Source: Dehalococcoidia bacterium | Lineage (GTDB): Bacteria > Chloroflexota > Dehalococcoidia > Lucifugimonadales > UBA1123 | NCBI GenBank assembly: GCA_965207355.1 | Contig: OZ242284.1 | Coordinates: forward strand, 2,339,708 to 2,403,707 | DNA: 64,000 nt | Direction: 5' to 3' | Part shown: positions 9,501 through 19,328 of the stretch, one piece after another | Numbering within the stretch: position 1 is the first letter of the stretch | How the letters are laid out: each line of letters opens with the position of its first letter | Notes under the pieces: model-generated | Databases searched by the model: none | Told to the model about the DNA's origin: nothing | The model's input: only the letters and a program-made list of their open reading frames with translations | Program-made: the position numbers and the translations under genes

Positions 9501-10613
9501 TCAGTTTTCAGTGATCAGACGGCGGGCTGCGACCAGTTCGGAGAGGAGAGCGTCGTACTCGGCGCGGTCAACGGGGATGTCAACTCGCTTGTTCCGACAG
9601 CCGGAGAGGGTTACGGCGGCGACTATTTCCTGCGAGCGCAGTCCGTCTTCGCCGGTGATAGCGGGAGCGCGGTCCTCGATTATCGCGCGGGCGAAGTCGT
9701 CTATGGCGGGGGCGTGGGTGCCGCTAATCGGTTCAAATGTGAAGGTCTCGGCTGTGGATCCCGGGCTGTCGTAGGTGGGGGACTTGTCGTGCTGGATGAA
9801 GTCTTCCACGCTGGTCTGAAGGCGGTGGAGGGTTACGCTCCAGTCGTCCATGATTATTGCGCCGTCGTTGCCCCAGAGTTCGAGACGCTGGTGGTTGGGA
9901 GCCTGGCAGGTGGTGCAATGAAGGGTACCGTGTCCGCCACCTTCGTAGGTCATGGCGGCGGTGGCGAAGTCCTCAACCTCTATGTCGTGGCCACGGGTGG
10001 AGACGATGCCCATAACCGAGGTGGGCAATCCGCCGACCCACTGCATCAGGTCAATGGCGTGTATGCCCTGGTTGAGAAGCGCGCCTCCGCCCTCGGCCTG
10101 CCACTTGCCTCGCCAGTCAAGCCGGTCATAGTAGTCCTGGCTGCGTATCATGGCAGATGACATGGAGACGCGGTATATCTCACCTATTGCTCCCTGTTCG
10201 ACTAACTCGCGCATCTTGAGCGCCTCTGGCCGGAAGCGGTTGTTGAACAGGACTCCGAGCTTGACGCCGGCGTCGCGGCACACCTCTATCATGCGGTCTG
10301 CCTCGGAGGGGGTAACAGACATGGGCTTTTCGACGAGGACATGCTTACCCGCGCGAGCGGCGTTCTCGGTAATCTCGGCATGGGAGCGGTGGGGCGTGGC
10401 TATGACGATGGCGTCAACGTCGGGATCATCCAGCGCGTCTTCGAGCGTTGGAAAAGCAGTGACGCCCAGTTCGGCGGCCTGCTGTCGGAGCGGCGGCTGG
10501 GTTCGGGCGTGGATTCCAACGAGGCGGCAGGATTCGAGTTGGGCAATGGCGTCTATGTGAACGCGGCCTATTACGCCCGTGGAGCCTATGATGGCGAGTC
10601 CTACTGTGTTCAT
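9501..10613 (-). CDS. Gfo/Idh/MocA family NAD(P)-dependent oxidoreductase
   Basis: N-terminal Rossmann motif GLAIIGSTGVIGRVH directly after the internal ATG at 10613. EKP motif (VLVEKPM). The ORF-track start at 10667 adds 18 unlikely residues. Confidence 0.8.
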   Translation of the reverse strand: MNTVGLAIIGSTGVIGRVHIDAIAQLESCRLVGIHARTQPPLRQQAAELGVTAFPTLEDALDDPDVDAIVIATPHRSHAEITENAARAGKHVLVEKPMSVTPSEADRMIEVCRDAGVKLGVLFNNRFRPEALKMRELVEQGAIGEIYRVSMSSAMIRSQDYYDRLDWRGKWQAEGGGALLNQGIHAIDLMQWVGGLPTSVMGIVSTRGHDIEVEDFATAAMTYEGGGHGTLHCTTCQAPNHQRLELWGNDGAIIMDDWSVTLHRLQTSVEDFIQHDKSPTYDSPGSTAETFTFEPISGTHAPAIDDFARAIIEDRAPAITGEDGLRSQEIVAAVTLSGCRNKRVDIPVDRAEYDALLSELVAARRLITEN

Positions 10614-10924
10614 TTCTAACTCACATGTTGCACAGGGCATTTGCAAATTGGTCAGACGATGCGACATATATCATAGTTTATATATACACCGGAAAGTGCT
10701 GGGCACTAACTGGGAGGGTCACAGGGTTGGGCTGGGACGGTTTTCATCCAGCGTTGCCCAGAGTTTTCCCAGCGTTGAAGCTACGAAAGAGTTCTCTCGC
10801 CGTCTTTCGGCCTGCGCTATAAATATCCGTTTATACTTATGTTCTGAATCCATGCCATAATTGTAGCATAGAATGAGGTATCAGACGAAACCGTGAAAGA
10901 CTTTGAAAAGGTCTTGACCCAAGC

Positions 10925-11089
10925 GACAGGATCTTTTCGTTATTAAGCGTCACTAGAGTAGTCCGTTCGTAGTGACCCTTCGACAAGCCCCCTTCGACGG
11001 GCTCAGGACGAACCATGAACGGACGGCCCTTCGACAGGCTCAGGGCGAACGAGAGGTCGAAGACGAGGCGAAAGCGAAATGATTCTGTC
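10925..11089. repeat. MITE-like element M1, copy A
   Basis: Terminal inverted repeats GACAGGATCTTTTCG (10925-10939) and CGAAATGATTCTGTC (11075-11089). Flanked by a direct CCAAGC at 10919-10924 and 11090-11095. Internal sub-repeats CCCTTCGACARGCTCAGGRCGAAC. Aligns along its length with 27842..27993. Confidence 0.7.
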
Positions 11090-11187
11090 CCAAGCGACGA
11101 GCATATTGATTTGCCGCGTAGCTTAGAATTAACATAGCCCCATTGCATATCTCGAAACCAGTTCAGATAGACGGAAGCAGGTGAACT

Positions 11188-12876
11188 ATGGTCAAGATGA
11201 GTGGGGGTGAGGCGCTTGCGAAGTCGCTGGTGAATGAAGGCGTGGAAGTCGTATTCGGGATACCTGGAGTACAGATATACGGGATTGTCGCGGGGATACG
11301 GGACGAGCCGGGTCTCCGAATGATCACGACCCGGCATGAACAGGCGACGACGTACATGGCGGACGGCTATGCCCGCGCGTCGGGAAAGCCCGGGGTGGCG
11401 CTGGTGGTCCCGGGTGTGGGTGTTTACAACGCGGCATCAGGCCTGGCCGGCGCATATTCGCGCTCCATACCGGTTCTTCTGATTGCGGGCCAGATTCCGC
11501 GGGGGATGATAGGCAAGAATCTCGGAGCCGTTCACGAGGTCGCCAACCAGGCGGATGTTGTGGGACCGGTGACCAAGTGGCGGCGACAAGTGTCCAGGCC
11601 CAGGGAAGCGCCGGACGCCGTGTTCGAGGCGTTCAGGCAGATGCGTACGGGACGCCCGCGTCCCGTGCTAATAGAGATGCCGCCCGAGGCGGGAGTGGAG
11701 CGGGAGGAGGTGCAGTTACGCAATCCCGCGCGGACTGTGAGAATCGTACCGAGCAGGGATATTCTTCAGGAAGCCGCCGGCGTTATCGCCCATGCTCAAA
11801 TGCCGCTGATATTCGCGGGCGGCGGAGTGGCGCGATCAGACGCGGAGGAAGCGCTGGTCGAGCTGGCCGAAGCGACGAACATACCCGTGATTACGTCCAG
11901 CGGCGGGAAGGGGACTATCCCGGATAGTCATCCGCTGTCATACGGCTCCTGTTTCAGTCCGCGGGGCGAGAGACAGGAGATGAACGAGCTATTCGACGTG
12001 ATGCAGTCCGCGGACGTGATCATAGGAATCGGCACACGTTTTTCTCTGGGCAATCCTGCCGGTGAATCCTCTACCTTAGTGAATATCAACATTGACGACA
12101 CCGAACTCACGAGAATCCAGTCCAACACTATCCCCTTGCATGGCGACGCCAGGGCGACCATAGAGGCGCTTCTTCCGATGCTAATCGAGGCGGGAGCGGA
12201 AGAGCGCGAGTCGCCCGCGGAGGCGGTCGCCGCAGCCCGGCGACTGATTGCCTACTTCGGAATCAGGGAAGAGGAGCCGCAGTACCCGATACTGGAGGCG
12301 ATCCAGAAAGGCATTCCGGAGGATGGCTTCGTGGTATGGGATGTCTCGCAGTTGGGATTCTATGCCCGAACCCACCATCAGGCGAATCATCCCAAGACGT
12401 ACATAGACCCGGGGTATTCGTTCAACCTGGGCTATTCTTTTCCTACGGCGCTGGGTGTGAAGGTAGCGCAGCCCGAACGCTCCGTGGTATGCGTGGCGGG
12501 AGACGGCGGGTTCATGTTCAACTCGTCCGAACTATCAACGGCGGTGCGATACGGCATAAATGTGGTAACCGTCATTCTCAGAAACGATTCCTACGGCAAC
12601 GTGGAGTCCGACCTGAATGGCACGTTTGGCGGGACTTACGAGACCGACTTGCACAACCCTGATTTCGTCCGATTCGCGGAGTCGTTCGGCGCGGTCGGAA
12701 TGAGGACGGAAGACCCCTTGGAGTTGGAGACGCTGATTCCGCGCGCGCTGGAACTGGACGCGCCAGTGGTTATTGACGCGCAGTTCGGGGAGATGCCCAC
12801 TCCTCCCGCTCATCAGTACGCTTTCGTGTATCATCTACCTTGGACGCAGCCTCAGGAAGGGCTGATACAGTCCTGA
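11188..12876 (+). CDS. Thiamine diphosphate-dependent enzyme (acetolactate synthase-like family)
   Basis: N-terminal GGEALAKSLVNEGVEVVFGIPG and ThDP-binding motif GDGGFMFNSSEL...NVVTVILRNDSYGN. Confidence 0.8.
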   Translation: MVKMSGGEALAKSLVNEGVEVVFGIPGVQIYGIVAGIRDEPGLRMITTRHEQATTYMADGYARASGKPGVALVVPGVGVYNAASGLAGAYSRSIPVLLIAGQIPRGMIGKNLGAVHEVANQADVVGPVTKWRRQVSRPREAPDAVFEAFRQMRTGRPRPVLIEMPPEAGVEREEVQLRNPARTVRIVPSRDILQEAAGVIAHAQMPLIFAGGGVARSDAEEALVELAEATNIPVITSSGGKGTIPDSHPLSYGSCFSPRGERQEMNELFDVMQSADVIIGIGTRFSLGNPAGESSTLVNINIDDTELTRIQSNTIPLHGDARATIEALLPMLIEAGAEERESPAEAVAAARRLIAYFGIREEEPQYPILEAIQKGIPEDGFVVWDVSQLGFYARTHHQANHPKTYIDPGYSFNLGYSFPTALGVKVAQPERSVVCVAGDGGFMFNSSELSTAVRYGINVVTVILRNDSYGNVESDLNGTFGGTYETDLHNPDFVRFAESFGAVGMRTEDPLELETLIPRALELDAPVVIDAQFGEMPTPPAHQYAFVYHLPWTQPQEGLIQS

Positions 12877-12900
12877 GACGCTCCTCTGGTCTCGGATCCC

Positions 12901-13188
12901 TTAAAGGCCCTCGACGACTATTACGTGGCTGTTGGTGGAGCGGATACGCATATCCTTGGGGTGGGCGTATTCGTCGGAGTCGTGCCAGGCCTTGGCCTGC
13001 TCCAAGCTGGGGAACTCGATGATGACGGTTCGATTGGGGTCGCGGTCGCCTTCGAGAAGTTCCGCGCGGCCTCCGCGAGCGATGTACTTTCCGCCGTAGG
13101 CGTTCACAGTCGGCATTACCAGTTCGCGGTACTCAGCGAAGAGTTCGGGGTCGGTGACTTCCACGTTGGCTATTACGTAGGCTGGCAT
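12901..13188 (-). CDS. DUF1330 domain protein
   Basis: 95 aa. MPAYVIANVEVTDPELFAEY...GGKYIARGG...IIEFPSLEQAKAWHDSDEY matches my memory of the DUF1330 pattern. Confidence 0.7.
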   Translation of the reverse strand: MPAYVIANVEVTDPELFAEYRELVMPTVNAYGGKYIARGGRAELLEGDRDPNRTVIIEFPSLEQAKAWHDSDEYAHPKDMRIRSTNSHVIVVEGL

Positions 13189-13210
13189 TGGGGACTCCTT
13201 TGGGTATGTG

Positions 13211-13582
13211 TTAGTCCGATGGGATGAACCAGTCCTTTGTGGCGGCTTCGTGGGGCCAGAGGAATTGGAAGCCGCAGCGGAGGGCCATCTGGCGGTCTAG
13301 GTCTTCGCGGTCGCCGATGTGCCAGTATTCTTCGGCGTCGAACTTGGTTTTCATGTATTCGAGACGAAGTTCTTCCATGGGGCTTCCCTTGACGCAGATG
13401 AAGTCCGCCTGGATGTCGTGTTCGTCCCATATTCTGCGCTGCGAGCTCGCGATTCGGTCGGAGCAGCTGCCGATGATGATACCCTTGGACTTGGCGATGC
13501 GCACCATTTCCATGGTGAGTTCGCCGGGCGGGTCGCCGACTTCGAGTGTGCCGTCTATGTCGAAGCTAATGAGTATTGACAA
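13211..13582 (-). CDS. Small HAD-superfamily hydrolase-like protein
   Basis: HAD motif I FDIDGTL, motif II-like GSCSD, motif IV-like HIGDREDLD. Confidence 0.55.
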   Translation of the reverse strand: MSILISFDIDGTLEVGDPPGELTMEMVRIAKSKGIIIGSCSDRIASSQRRIWDEHDIQADFICVKGSPMEELRLEYMKTKFDAEEYWHIGDREDLDRQMALRCGFQFLWPHEAATKDWFIPSD

Positions 13583-13597
13583 GTGTGTTCCTCTCCA

Positions 13598-14062
13598 TTA
13601 ATCCTTAGAGTTTGGGTTGCCATTGAGGTTGAGTTTGCGTTCGGCATCTTTGCGCGCTTCCTCGTCGAGTACGCTAAGAACTTTCTCAACGCCCTCGGCA
13701 ATGCCCTCGACGCGGCCTTCGACGTGGCCCTCGTTGCGGGCTTCATCTAGCCTTTTCGCCTCACGTCTCTCTATGCGTCTTTGCAACCATCCCGCGGTAA
13801 TCAAGGTGTACCTCCATAAATCAACTAGCGCTATGGCGATGACTGCCGAGATTAAAATGTCGTCGGATATCTCGGAGCGAATAAGTCTCGCCTGTTCAAC
13901 CAGGCTCATGGGAGACAGGCGAGACCGCTCGTCTAATACTACCATAGCGGCTTCCAGCACCAACTGGCCGATGAACAGCCAGAAGGTCATGGGCCACCAC
14001 GGCGCTTGTACGCTCAGAAATGAATCTCGGGTAGGACGGGTTCTCTCTTCGGTTCCTGCCAT
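13598..14062 (-). CDS. Hypothetical membrane protein with charged coiled-coil tail
   Basis: Two hydrophobic helices and then an RREAKRLDEARNEGHVEGRVEGIAEG tail. Starts 1 nt after the thiolase-like gene stop. No family recognised. Confidence 0.4.
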   Translation of the reverse strand: MAGTEERTRPTRDSFLSVQAPWWPMTFWLFIGQLVLEAAMVVLDERSRLSPMSLVEQARLIRSEISDDILISAVIAIALVDLWRYTLITAGWLQRRIERREAKRLDEARNEGHVEGRVEGIAEGVEKVLSVLDEEARKDAERKLNLNGNPNSKD

Positions 14063-14063
14063 G

Positions 14064-15398
14064 CTAGTCGGGGGTGGCGCTCCAGACGGTGAAGTTGCCG
14101 CCGAGGGGCATGGGGCCGCCGGAGACGGCTACCTCGGGCTTGACGCCCGTTACCTGGCGGGCGCCGGCGCGTCCCTGCAATTGCTGGATGGAGTCGGTGT
14201 GCATCCAGAAGCGGCTGCGTCCGCTGCCGATGTTGCCGCCGCTGGGCTGGATGGGGTTAGGGCCCTCGATGCTGATGTCGGTCTGGTAGAAGTCGAGCGC
14301 GTCTCCAAAGCCCATGCCGCGGTAGCCGAGGCCCTCGACGTGGAATTGGTGGAACTGGGCGAAGCCGTCGTACATATTCTCGAATGAGAGGTCGGCGGCG
14401 GTGATGCCGGCGGACTCGTAGATCTTCCTGCCGGTGCTGCCGGTCTCGGCCTCGACTTCTTCCAGAGTGGGAGTAATGCTTCTGGCTGTTCCCCTGCTGG
14501 ATGCGTGTCCGAGGACATAGACGGGCTTCTGCTTCATGTCCTGGGCGCGCTCAGCGGTTGTGAAGAGGTAGGCGGCGGAGCACATGATGGGTATGTCGTT
14601 GTCGAAGAGGTTGGCGGGCTTGGCTATCCAGCGGGAGGAGAGGTAGTCTTCAGGGGGGAGTTCCTCGGGGCGGTGCTGGTACCAGTATCCCTCGGGGAAC
14701 ATGAGGCCGTTGCGACGCGAGTTCTGCATGAAGGGGGCCATCATGTCGTGGTTCTTGCCGTACTTGTGGCAGTACTGGGCGAACTGGAGGGCGGTGCCGT
14801 AGCATCCGGGCGGGCCCCAGAGGCTGCGTCCAGGTCCTATGGCGACGGTGCCGGAGACGGGATCGGCGGCGCTGAGTCCGCCGTGGTTGTAGCGTCCAAT
14901 GAGGTTGTGCCAGCCTTTGACGACCAGACAGGTTTCGGCGAGGCCGTCGCCAATAGCCTGGGCGGCGGTTACTATGGCGGCGGACATACAGCCGGGCGCG
15001 TGCATCTTGAACTTGACGTTGGTGAGTTCGGGCATGTTCAACTCAAGCCAGTCGGCGCTTAGCTGACCGAGGCCGTCGAGAGGGTCGTCGGTCTGGTTGA
15101 AGGAGTTGATCACGTCCGTAGGCAGGGGTTCGCCCTCCGGCCAGTGCGCCCCGGTGGTGGTGACCGGGACTATGACGAGGCCGTCAACCTGGTCAGGAGA
15201 GACGCCGGCGTCGTCCATGGCCTGGCGCATGGAGAGGATGCTGCCCGCGCCGACGGTGGTCTCGGGCTTGCCGTCCCAGCGGCGTGAGGTGGGCGAGTGT
15301 CCGACGCCCACGGCGGCTACTTTTCCTCGGTGTTCCCAGACTCCGAGGCCTTCTACGGATCTGTACATGGACTCCGGCGCGTCTATCGTTGTTGTCAT
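14064..15398 (-). CDS. Thiolase-like protein (SCP-x / lipid-transfer-protein type)
   Basis: 444-aa protein with overall thiolase-fold resemblance. It is paired with a DUF35 gene immediately upstream, a well-known association. Confidence 0.65.
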   Translation of the reverse strand: MTTTIDAPESMYRSVEGLGVWEHRGKVAAVGVGHSPTSRRWDGKPETTVGAGSILSMRQAMDDAGVSPDQVDGLVIVPVTTTGAHWPEGEPLPTDVINSFNQTDDPLDGLGQLSADWLELNMPELTNVKFKMHAPGCMSAAIVTAAQAIGDGLAETCLVVKGWHNLIGRYNHGGLSAADPVSGTVAIGPGRSLWGPPGCYGTALQFAQYCHKYGKNHDMMAPFMQNSRRNGLMFPEGYWYQHRPEELPPEDYLSSRWIAKPANLFDNDIPIMCSAAYLFTTAERAQDMKQKPVYVLGHASSRGTARSITPTLEEVEAETGSTGRKIYESAGITAADLSFENMYDGFAQFHQFHVEGLGYRGMGFGDALDFYQTDISIEGPNPIQPSGGNIGSGRSRFWMHTDSIQQLQGRAGARQVTGVKPEVAVSGGPMPLGGNFTVWSATPD

Positions 15399-15459
15399 GG
15401 GTCGCTCCTATTGTCTGAATCAGGATTTGCGGGATTACAGGATTTTCAGGCGTAGGTGT

Positions 15460-15488
15460 TCACCCTCACCCATCAAGGGAGAGGAGAT
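15460..15488 (-). repeat. Hairpin repeat family H1, short form, reverse orientation
   Basis: TCACCCTCACCC-ATCAA-GGGAGAGGAGA, in the DUF35/thiolase intergenic spacer. Confidence 0.6.
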
Positions 15489-15494
15489 CTGTTG

Positions 15495-15908
15495 TCAGGT
15501 TACGACGCGCCACTCTGGGACGACCTGTCCGTTGGCGGTGGGCTCGAATATGACTTCTACCGCCGCGCCGATGGGGACTTCGTCAACCGGGGTGCCGGGC
15601 AGGTGTGAGTACATCTGGATGCTCGGGTCGTCGTCGAGGGTGATGACAGCGAGGTTGAAAGGTTGATCCTCGTGGAGGCTGGCGATGGGAGTGTCGTACA
15701 CGACGCAGTAGTTGTATATCTTGCCGCGCCCGCTCATCTCCTTCCATTCAAGAGCGTCGCCGTGCCCGCACCCTGGGCAGTCGGGCTGGGGAGGGTGCTG
15801 AAGGTAGTCGTCGCAGTCGGTACAGCTCTGGATGACGAGCCGTCCCTTGTTAGCGGCTTCCCAGAAGGGTCTTGTGAGGTCGTCGGGTATTACGCCTTGC
15901 TTTACCAT
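15495..15908 (-). CDS. DUF35 Zn-ribbon/OB-fold protein
   Basis: CTDCDDYLQHPPQPDCPGCG zinc ribbon (CxxC...CxxC) followed by an OB-fold-like region (GKIYNYCVVY). Partner of the thiolase-like gene. Confidence 0.75.
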   Translation of the reverse strand: MVKQGVIPDDLTRPFWEAANKGRLVIQSCTDCDDYLQHPPQPDCPGCGHGDALEWKEMSGRGKIYNYCVVYDTPIASLHEDQPFNLAVITLDDDPSIQMYSHLPGTPVDEVPIGAAVEVIFEPTANGQVVPEWRVVT

Positions 15909-16039
15909 GTGTCATCTCCTAATCATGGATGGGTGGCGCCGGTTCATGGCGGCCTGTGTGGATTATGGGAGATGATAATACAGAGGGTTTCAGTTATCAA
16001 TTAACAGTTGGCAATTGGAAGCATCACAAAAATGGTTCG

Positions 16040-16066
16040 TTACCCTCACCCAAAGGGAGAGGGGAC
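16040..16066 (-). repeat. Hairpin repeat family H1, short form, reverse orientation
   Basis: TTACCCTCACCC-AAA-GGGAGAGGGGAC in the DUF35/purA divergent intergenic region. Confidence 0.6.
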
Positions 16067-16162
16067 TGTTACGCTACCGACTCTGACGGTCGTCTTATAG
16101 AGGCGCATCAGAAATTTCATGCTTCCCGTCCGAAAAATCGGCTGTCTGTTCGCTCAGCCATT

Positions 16163-16171
16163 TGATATAAT
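16163..16171 (+). promoter_or_regulatory. Candidate extended -10 promoter element for purA
   Basis: TGATATAAT (TGnTATAAT) lies about 120 nt upstream of the purA ATG. There is no good -35. Confidence 0.3.
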
Positions 16172-16291
16172 GACAGATGTGTGTGGTCGTGCGTGTGGTG
16201 TCCCCTTTCACCAATTCCGTTGGCAATGGGACTTGGCACGCGCCAAAACATATCGGACAGTTTCGAGTAATAGATAATACAGGGGTTAGGG

Positions 16292-17593
16292 ATGCCTGCT
16301 TACGCGGTCTTGGGAGCCCAATGGGGCGATGAAGGCAAAGGCAAGATAGTAGATTATCTTGCAAGAGACGCGCAGGTGGTTGCGCGATTCGCCGGCGGAA
16401 ACAACGCCGGTCATACGGTCGTCACCGACGACGGCAAGTTCAGTTTCCACCTCATACCCTGCGGCGTATTCTGGCCGCAGGCGCTCAATGTGATCGGCAA
16501 CGGGGTTGTGGTGGATCCGGACGTGCTTCTCCAGGAAATAGACGACCTGAAAGAGAAGGGGATTGACGTATCCGACCGAATCGTAGTGAGCGAGCGCGCC
16601 CACCTGATAATGCCTTACCACGTCATGATTGACGAACTTTCTGAGCAGGCGCGTGGATCATCCAAAATCGGTACGACCGGAAAGGGCATCGGCCCCGCCT
16701 ACGCGGACAAGGCAGCAAGAACCGGCATCCGGGCAGCCGACCTGCTGGACATCGAGGCCCTCATTCCGAGACTGGAAGGAATCCTGGAGTACACCAACGC
16801 AGTAATCACGAAGATATACGGCGGAGAGGCTCTGGAATTTGACGAGGTCTTCGACAAGTGCCGTGGCTGGAGCGAGCGCATGGCGAAGTACATCGGCCCG
16901 GCCGAGAAGATCGTCAACCAGGCGCTGGCAGCGGGCGAGAATGTGTTGCTTGAAGGCGCGCAAGGCGTCCTGCTCGACCTGGACCACGGCACATACCCAT
17001 TCGTGACGTCGTCCAATCCGACGATTGGCGGCGCATCAATCGGGGCGGGAGTCAGCCCTACTCACATCGAGGGTATTACCGGCGTGTTCAAGGCTTATAC
17101 GACGCGAGTCGGATCGGGGCCGCTGCCGTCCGAGTTGACCGACCAGACCGGAGAGACCATCCGCGAACTGGCCCAGGAGTTCGGCACAACGACCGGAAGG
17201 CCACGCAGAGTTGGCTGGTTCGACGCCGTGGCCGCGAAGTACAGCGCTTTGATCAACGGTTACACCTCTGCGGTCCTGACGAGGCTCGACGTGCTCGACG
17301 GATTCGAGACTGTGAAGATTTGCACCCACTACGTCACCGAGGACGGAGAGGTCACAGACGACTTCCCGGGCGGCGTAGCAGCTCTCGGCAAGGTGCGCCC
17401 CGTGTTCGAGGAGATGACCGGCTGGGACAGGCCGACGGCCAGTGTCCGACACTACGAAGACCTGCCGCAGGCCGCCAGGAACTACGTCGAGCGACTGGAA
17501 GAGCTAATCGGCTGCCCGGTGGACGTAATATCCACAGGCCCCCACCGCGAAGAGACGGTGAGCGTCAGAGCCATGATGCGGGTGGTGGCGTAG
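16292..17593 (+). CDS. purA: Adenylosuccinate synthase
   Basis: GAQWGDEGKGKIVD P-loop, GGNNAGHT, TGKGIGPAY, and full-length collinearity with PurA. Confidence 0.95.
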   Translation: MPAYAVLGAQWGDEGKGKIVDYLARDAQVVARFAGGNNAGHTVVTDDGKFSFHLIPCGVFWPQALNVIGNGVVVDPDVLLQEIDDLKEKGIDVSDRIVVSERAHLIMPYHVMIDELSEQARGSSKIGTTGKGIGPAYADKAARTGIRAADLLDIEALIPRLEGILEYTNAVITKIYGGEALEFDEVFDKCRGWSERMAKYIGPAEKIVNQALAAGENVLLEGAQGVLLDLDHGTYPFVTSSNPTIGGASIGAGVSPTHIEGITGVFKAYTTRVGSGPLPSELTDQTGETIRELAQEFGTTTGRPRRVGWFDAVAAKYSALINGYTSAVLTRLDVLDGFETVKICTHYVTEDGEVTDDFPGGVAALGKVRPVFEEMTGWDRPTASVRHYEDLPQAARNYVERLEELIGCPVDVISTGPHREETVSVRAMMRVVA

Positions 17594-17607
17594 TATCGGC
17601 GTCGATG

Positions 17608-18291
17608 CTAAGAATCCATGATATGCCAGTCGTCGGGCACTTCGGGAACAGGCCACTCTGTATCCGGTCGCCAGTTCTTCCACGCACCGGAAAACGGAGA
17701 CTCCCTGTTTTCGATTGCTCGCACCATTCTGTCGGCCTCGGTGCGGATTGACGAAATCTGTGATTCAGTGAAGAATCCCCTGCCAATCAATTCCTCGAAT
17801 TCGTCCACATCTTTCCACGACCAGGCCATATTCGGTTCAACTGCGATGTCCAGAGCGTAGTCCCGTACCAGGATACAGCAGGATGTTCGGCGTATCGGAG
17901 CCTGGAAATTGACGTAGTACGTCTCGAGTCTCCAGTCAGAAGTCCAGAACAGCCAGACCGAATGCCATGAGTCGGGGGGAGTGAGGGTCAGTACGTGGTA
18001 ATCTCCGGACACGCTCTCTTCGAGATGTGAGGTGCCAGGATCGAGCATCTCCATGTACACATCAATGCGCTGGGAGACAGGCATCGAGTAGCGGTCCTTG
18101 ATCACACCGGATCGGTATGGAGCGTTTGGATGCGTATATAGCGCGAGATATTCGGACACATCTCTCACGACCGTCACGGGCCGAGAGGTGACAAGGCGGC
18201 TCCCCCACAGGTCTTGCTGGAGGATCTGTGTGCCTGGCTCCCAGAACGATTCGGGGCTGAGTTCGGTCTTCTCGGTCATGCCTGCTTCCAA
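17608..18291 (-). CDS. DUF402 (FomD-like) domain protein
   Basis: YVNFQAP...DYALDIAVEPNMAWSWKDVDEFEELIGRGFFTESQ matches my memory of the DUF402 core pattern. Confidence 0.55.
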   Translation of the reverse strand: MEAGMTEKTELSPESFWEPGTQILQQDLWGSRLVTSRPVTVVRDVSEYLALYTHPNAPYRSGVIKDRYSMPVSQRIDVYMEMLDPGTSHLEESVSGDYHVLTLTPPDSWHSVWLFWTSDWRLETYYVNFQAPIRRTSCCILVRDYALDIAVEPNMAWSWKDVDEFEELIGRGFFTESQISSIRTEADRMVRAIENRESPFSGAWKNWRPDTEWPVPEVPDDWHIMDS

Positions 18292-18353
18292 AGTGGGTAC
18301 GCAGTTATCAGACAGTTAGGGCAACACCCCTCTACTGTGTTTCCCAATAGTAA

Positions 18354-18380
18354 AGCGGGCGGTAACTACAGCCGCCCGCT
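18354..18380 (-). terminator. Hairpin terminator downstream of dapA
   Basis: AGCGGGCGG-N9-CCGCCCGCT is a perfect 9-bp stem. On the minus strand it is followed by TTTACTATT. A T-run is also present on the plus-strand side. Confidence 0.55.
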
Positions 18381-18406
18381 TCGCTTTTTCGTCTATTGCT
18401 TTGCTG

Positions 18407-19306
18407 TTACGAGTCGTTGACGGGAAGGTCCACGTGGTACTCATCCATGAGGGGATCGAACTTGCTGGTGAAGCTCTCGTCCGCCTCCCAGAGCGGGAGC
18501 CTGGGAGTGCCAATGTCGAACCCGGCGCGGTTGACCGCGTACTTAATAGGCACAGGGTTGGTCACCCAGAAGATGGCCTTGAAGAATGGCAGCAGCCTGC
18601 GATGCTCGGCGGCGGCGGCCTCGATGTCCCCTTCCAGGATGCGCCCCATCATCTCCTTGATCTGGAGTCCTACGATATGGGCGGCGACACTGACGATGCC
18701 GTAGCCGCCGGTACACATGATGGAGAAGGTCTCGTCGTCGTTGCCTGACCATACTCTGAATCCGTCGGGCGCGCCGTCTATGATGCGCGTAATCTGTTCG
18801 GGGTCGCTGGATGCCTCTTTCACGCCCACGATATTCTCTATCTCCGCCAGGCGGAGAGTGGTCTCGTGGGTCATGTTGAGCGAGGTCCTGGACGGCACAT
18901 TGTAGAGAATTCCCGGAAGCGAGGTGGCTTCGGCAATCGCCTTGAAGTTCTGGTACAGACCCTCCTGGCTCGGCTTGTTGTACGCCGGCACCGTGAGAAG
19001 CAGGGCGTCCGCGCCGATCTTCTCGGCCTCTATGGACAGTTCGACCGACTTCCTGTGGTTATTGTCGGTGGTCCCGGCTACCACCGCCGCCTCGTCGCCG
19101 ACCTCTTCCTTAACCTCGGCGAACAGGCGTATCTTCTCATCGTCGCTCATGGACGGCGACTCGCCTGTGGTGCCGCCGATCACGAGACCGTCGGAGCCGG
19201 AGTCGAGAAGCGCGCGTGCGAGTTTGCGCGCCTTTGTGTAATCAATCTCGCCCTCGTCGTCGAAGGGCGTAACCATCGCAGTCAGAAGGCGTCCAATCTC
19301 AGCCAT
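18407..19306 (-). CDS. dapA: 4-hydroxy-tetrahydrodipicolinate synthase
   Basis: TPFDDEGEIDY, GGTTGESP, and the active-site Lys context VGVKEAS. Confidence 0.9.
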   Translation of the reverse strand: MAEIGRLLTAMVTPFDDEGEIDYTKARKLARALLDSGSDGLVIGGTTGESPSMSDDEKIRLFAEVKEEVGDEAAVVAGTTDNNHRKSVELSIEAEKIGADALLLTVPAYNKPSQEGLYQNFKAIAEATSLPGILYNVPSRTSLNMTHETTLRLAEIENIVGVKEASSDPEQITRIIDGAPDGFRVWSGNDDETFSIMCTGGYGIVSVAAHIVGLQIKEMMGRILEGDIEAAAAEHRRLLPFFKAIFWVTNPVPIKYAVNRAGFDIGTPRLPLWEADESFTSKFDPLMDEYHVDLPVNDS

Positions 19307-19328
19307 ATCAACCTCCTCGGTCGGCGTT

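Noticed and set aside
10837-11337. 166-aa minus-strand ORF
   Set aside because: It runs through the MITE-like repeat (peptide ...FALSLSKGRPFMVRPEPVEGGLSKG...) and overlaps the start of the ThDP enzyme gene. It is a typical repeat-derived artefact.
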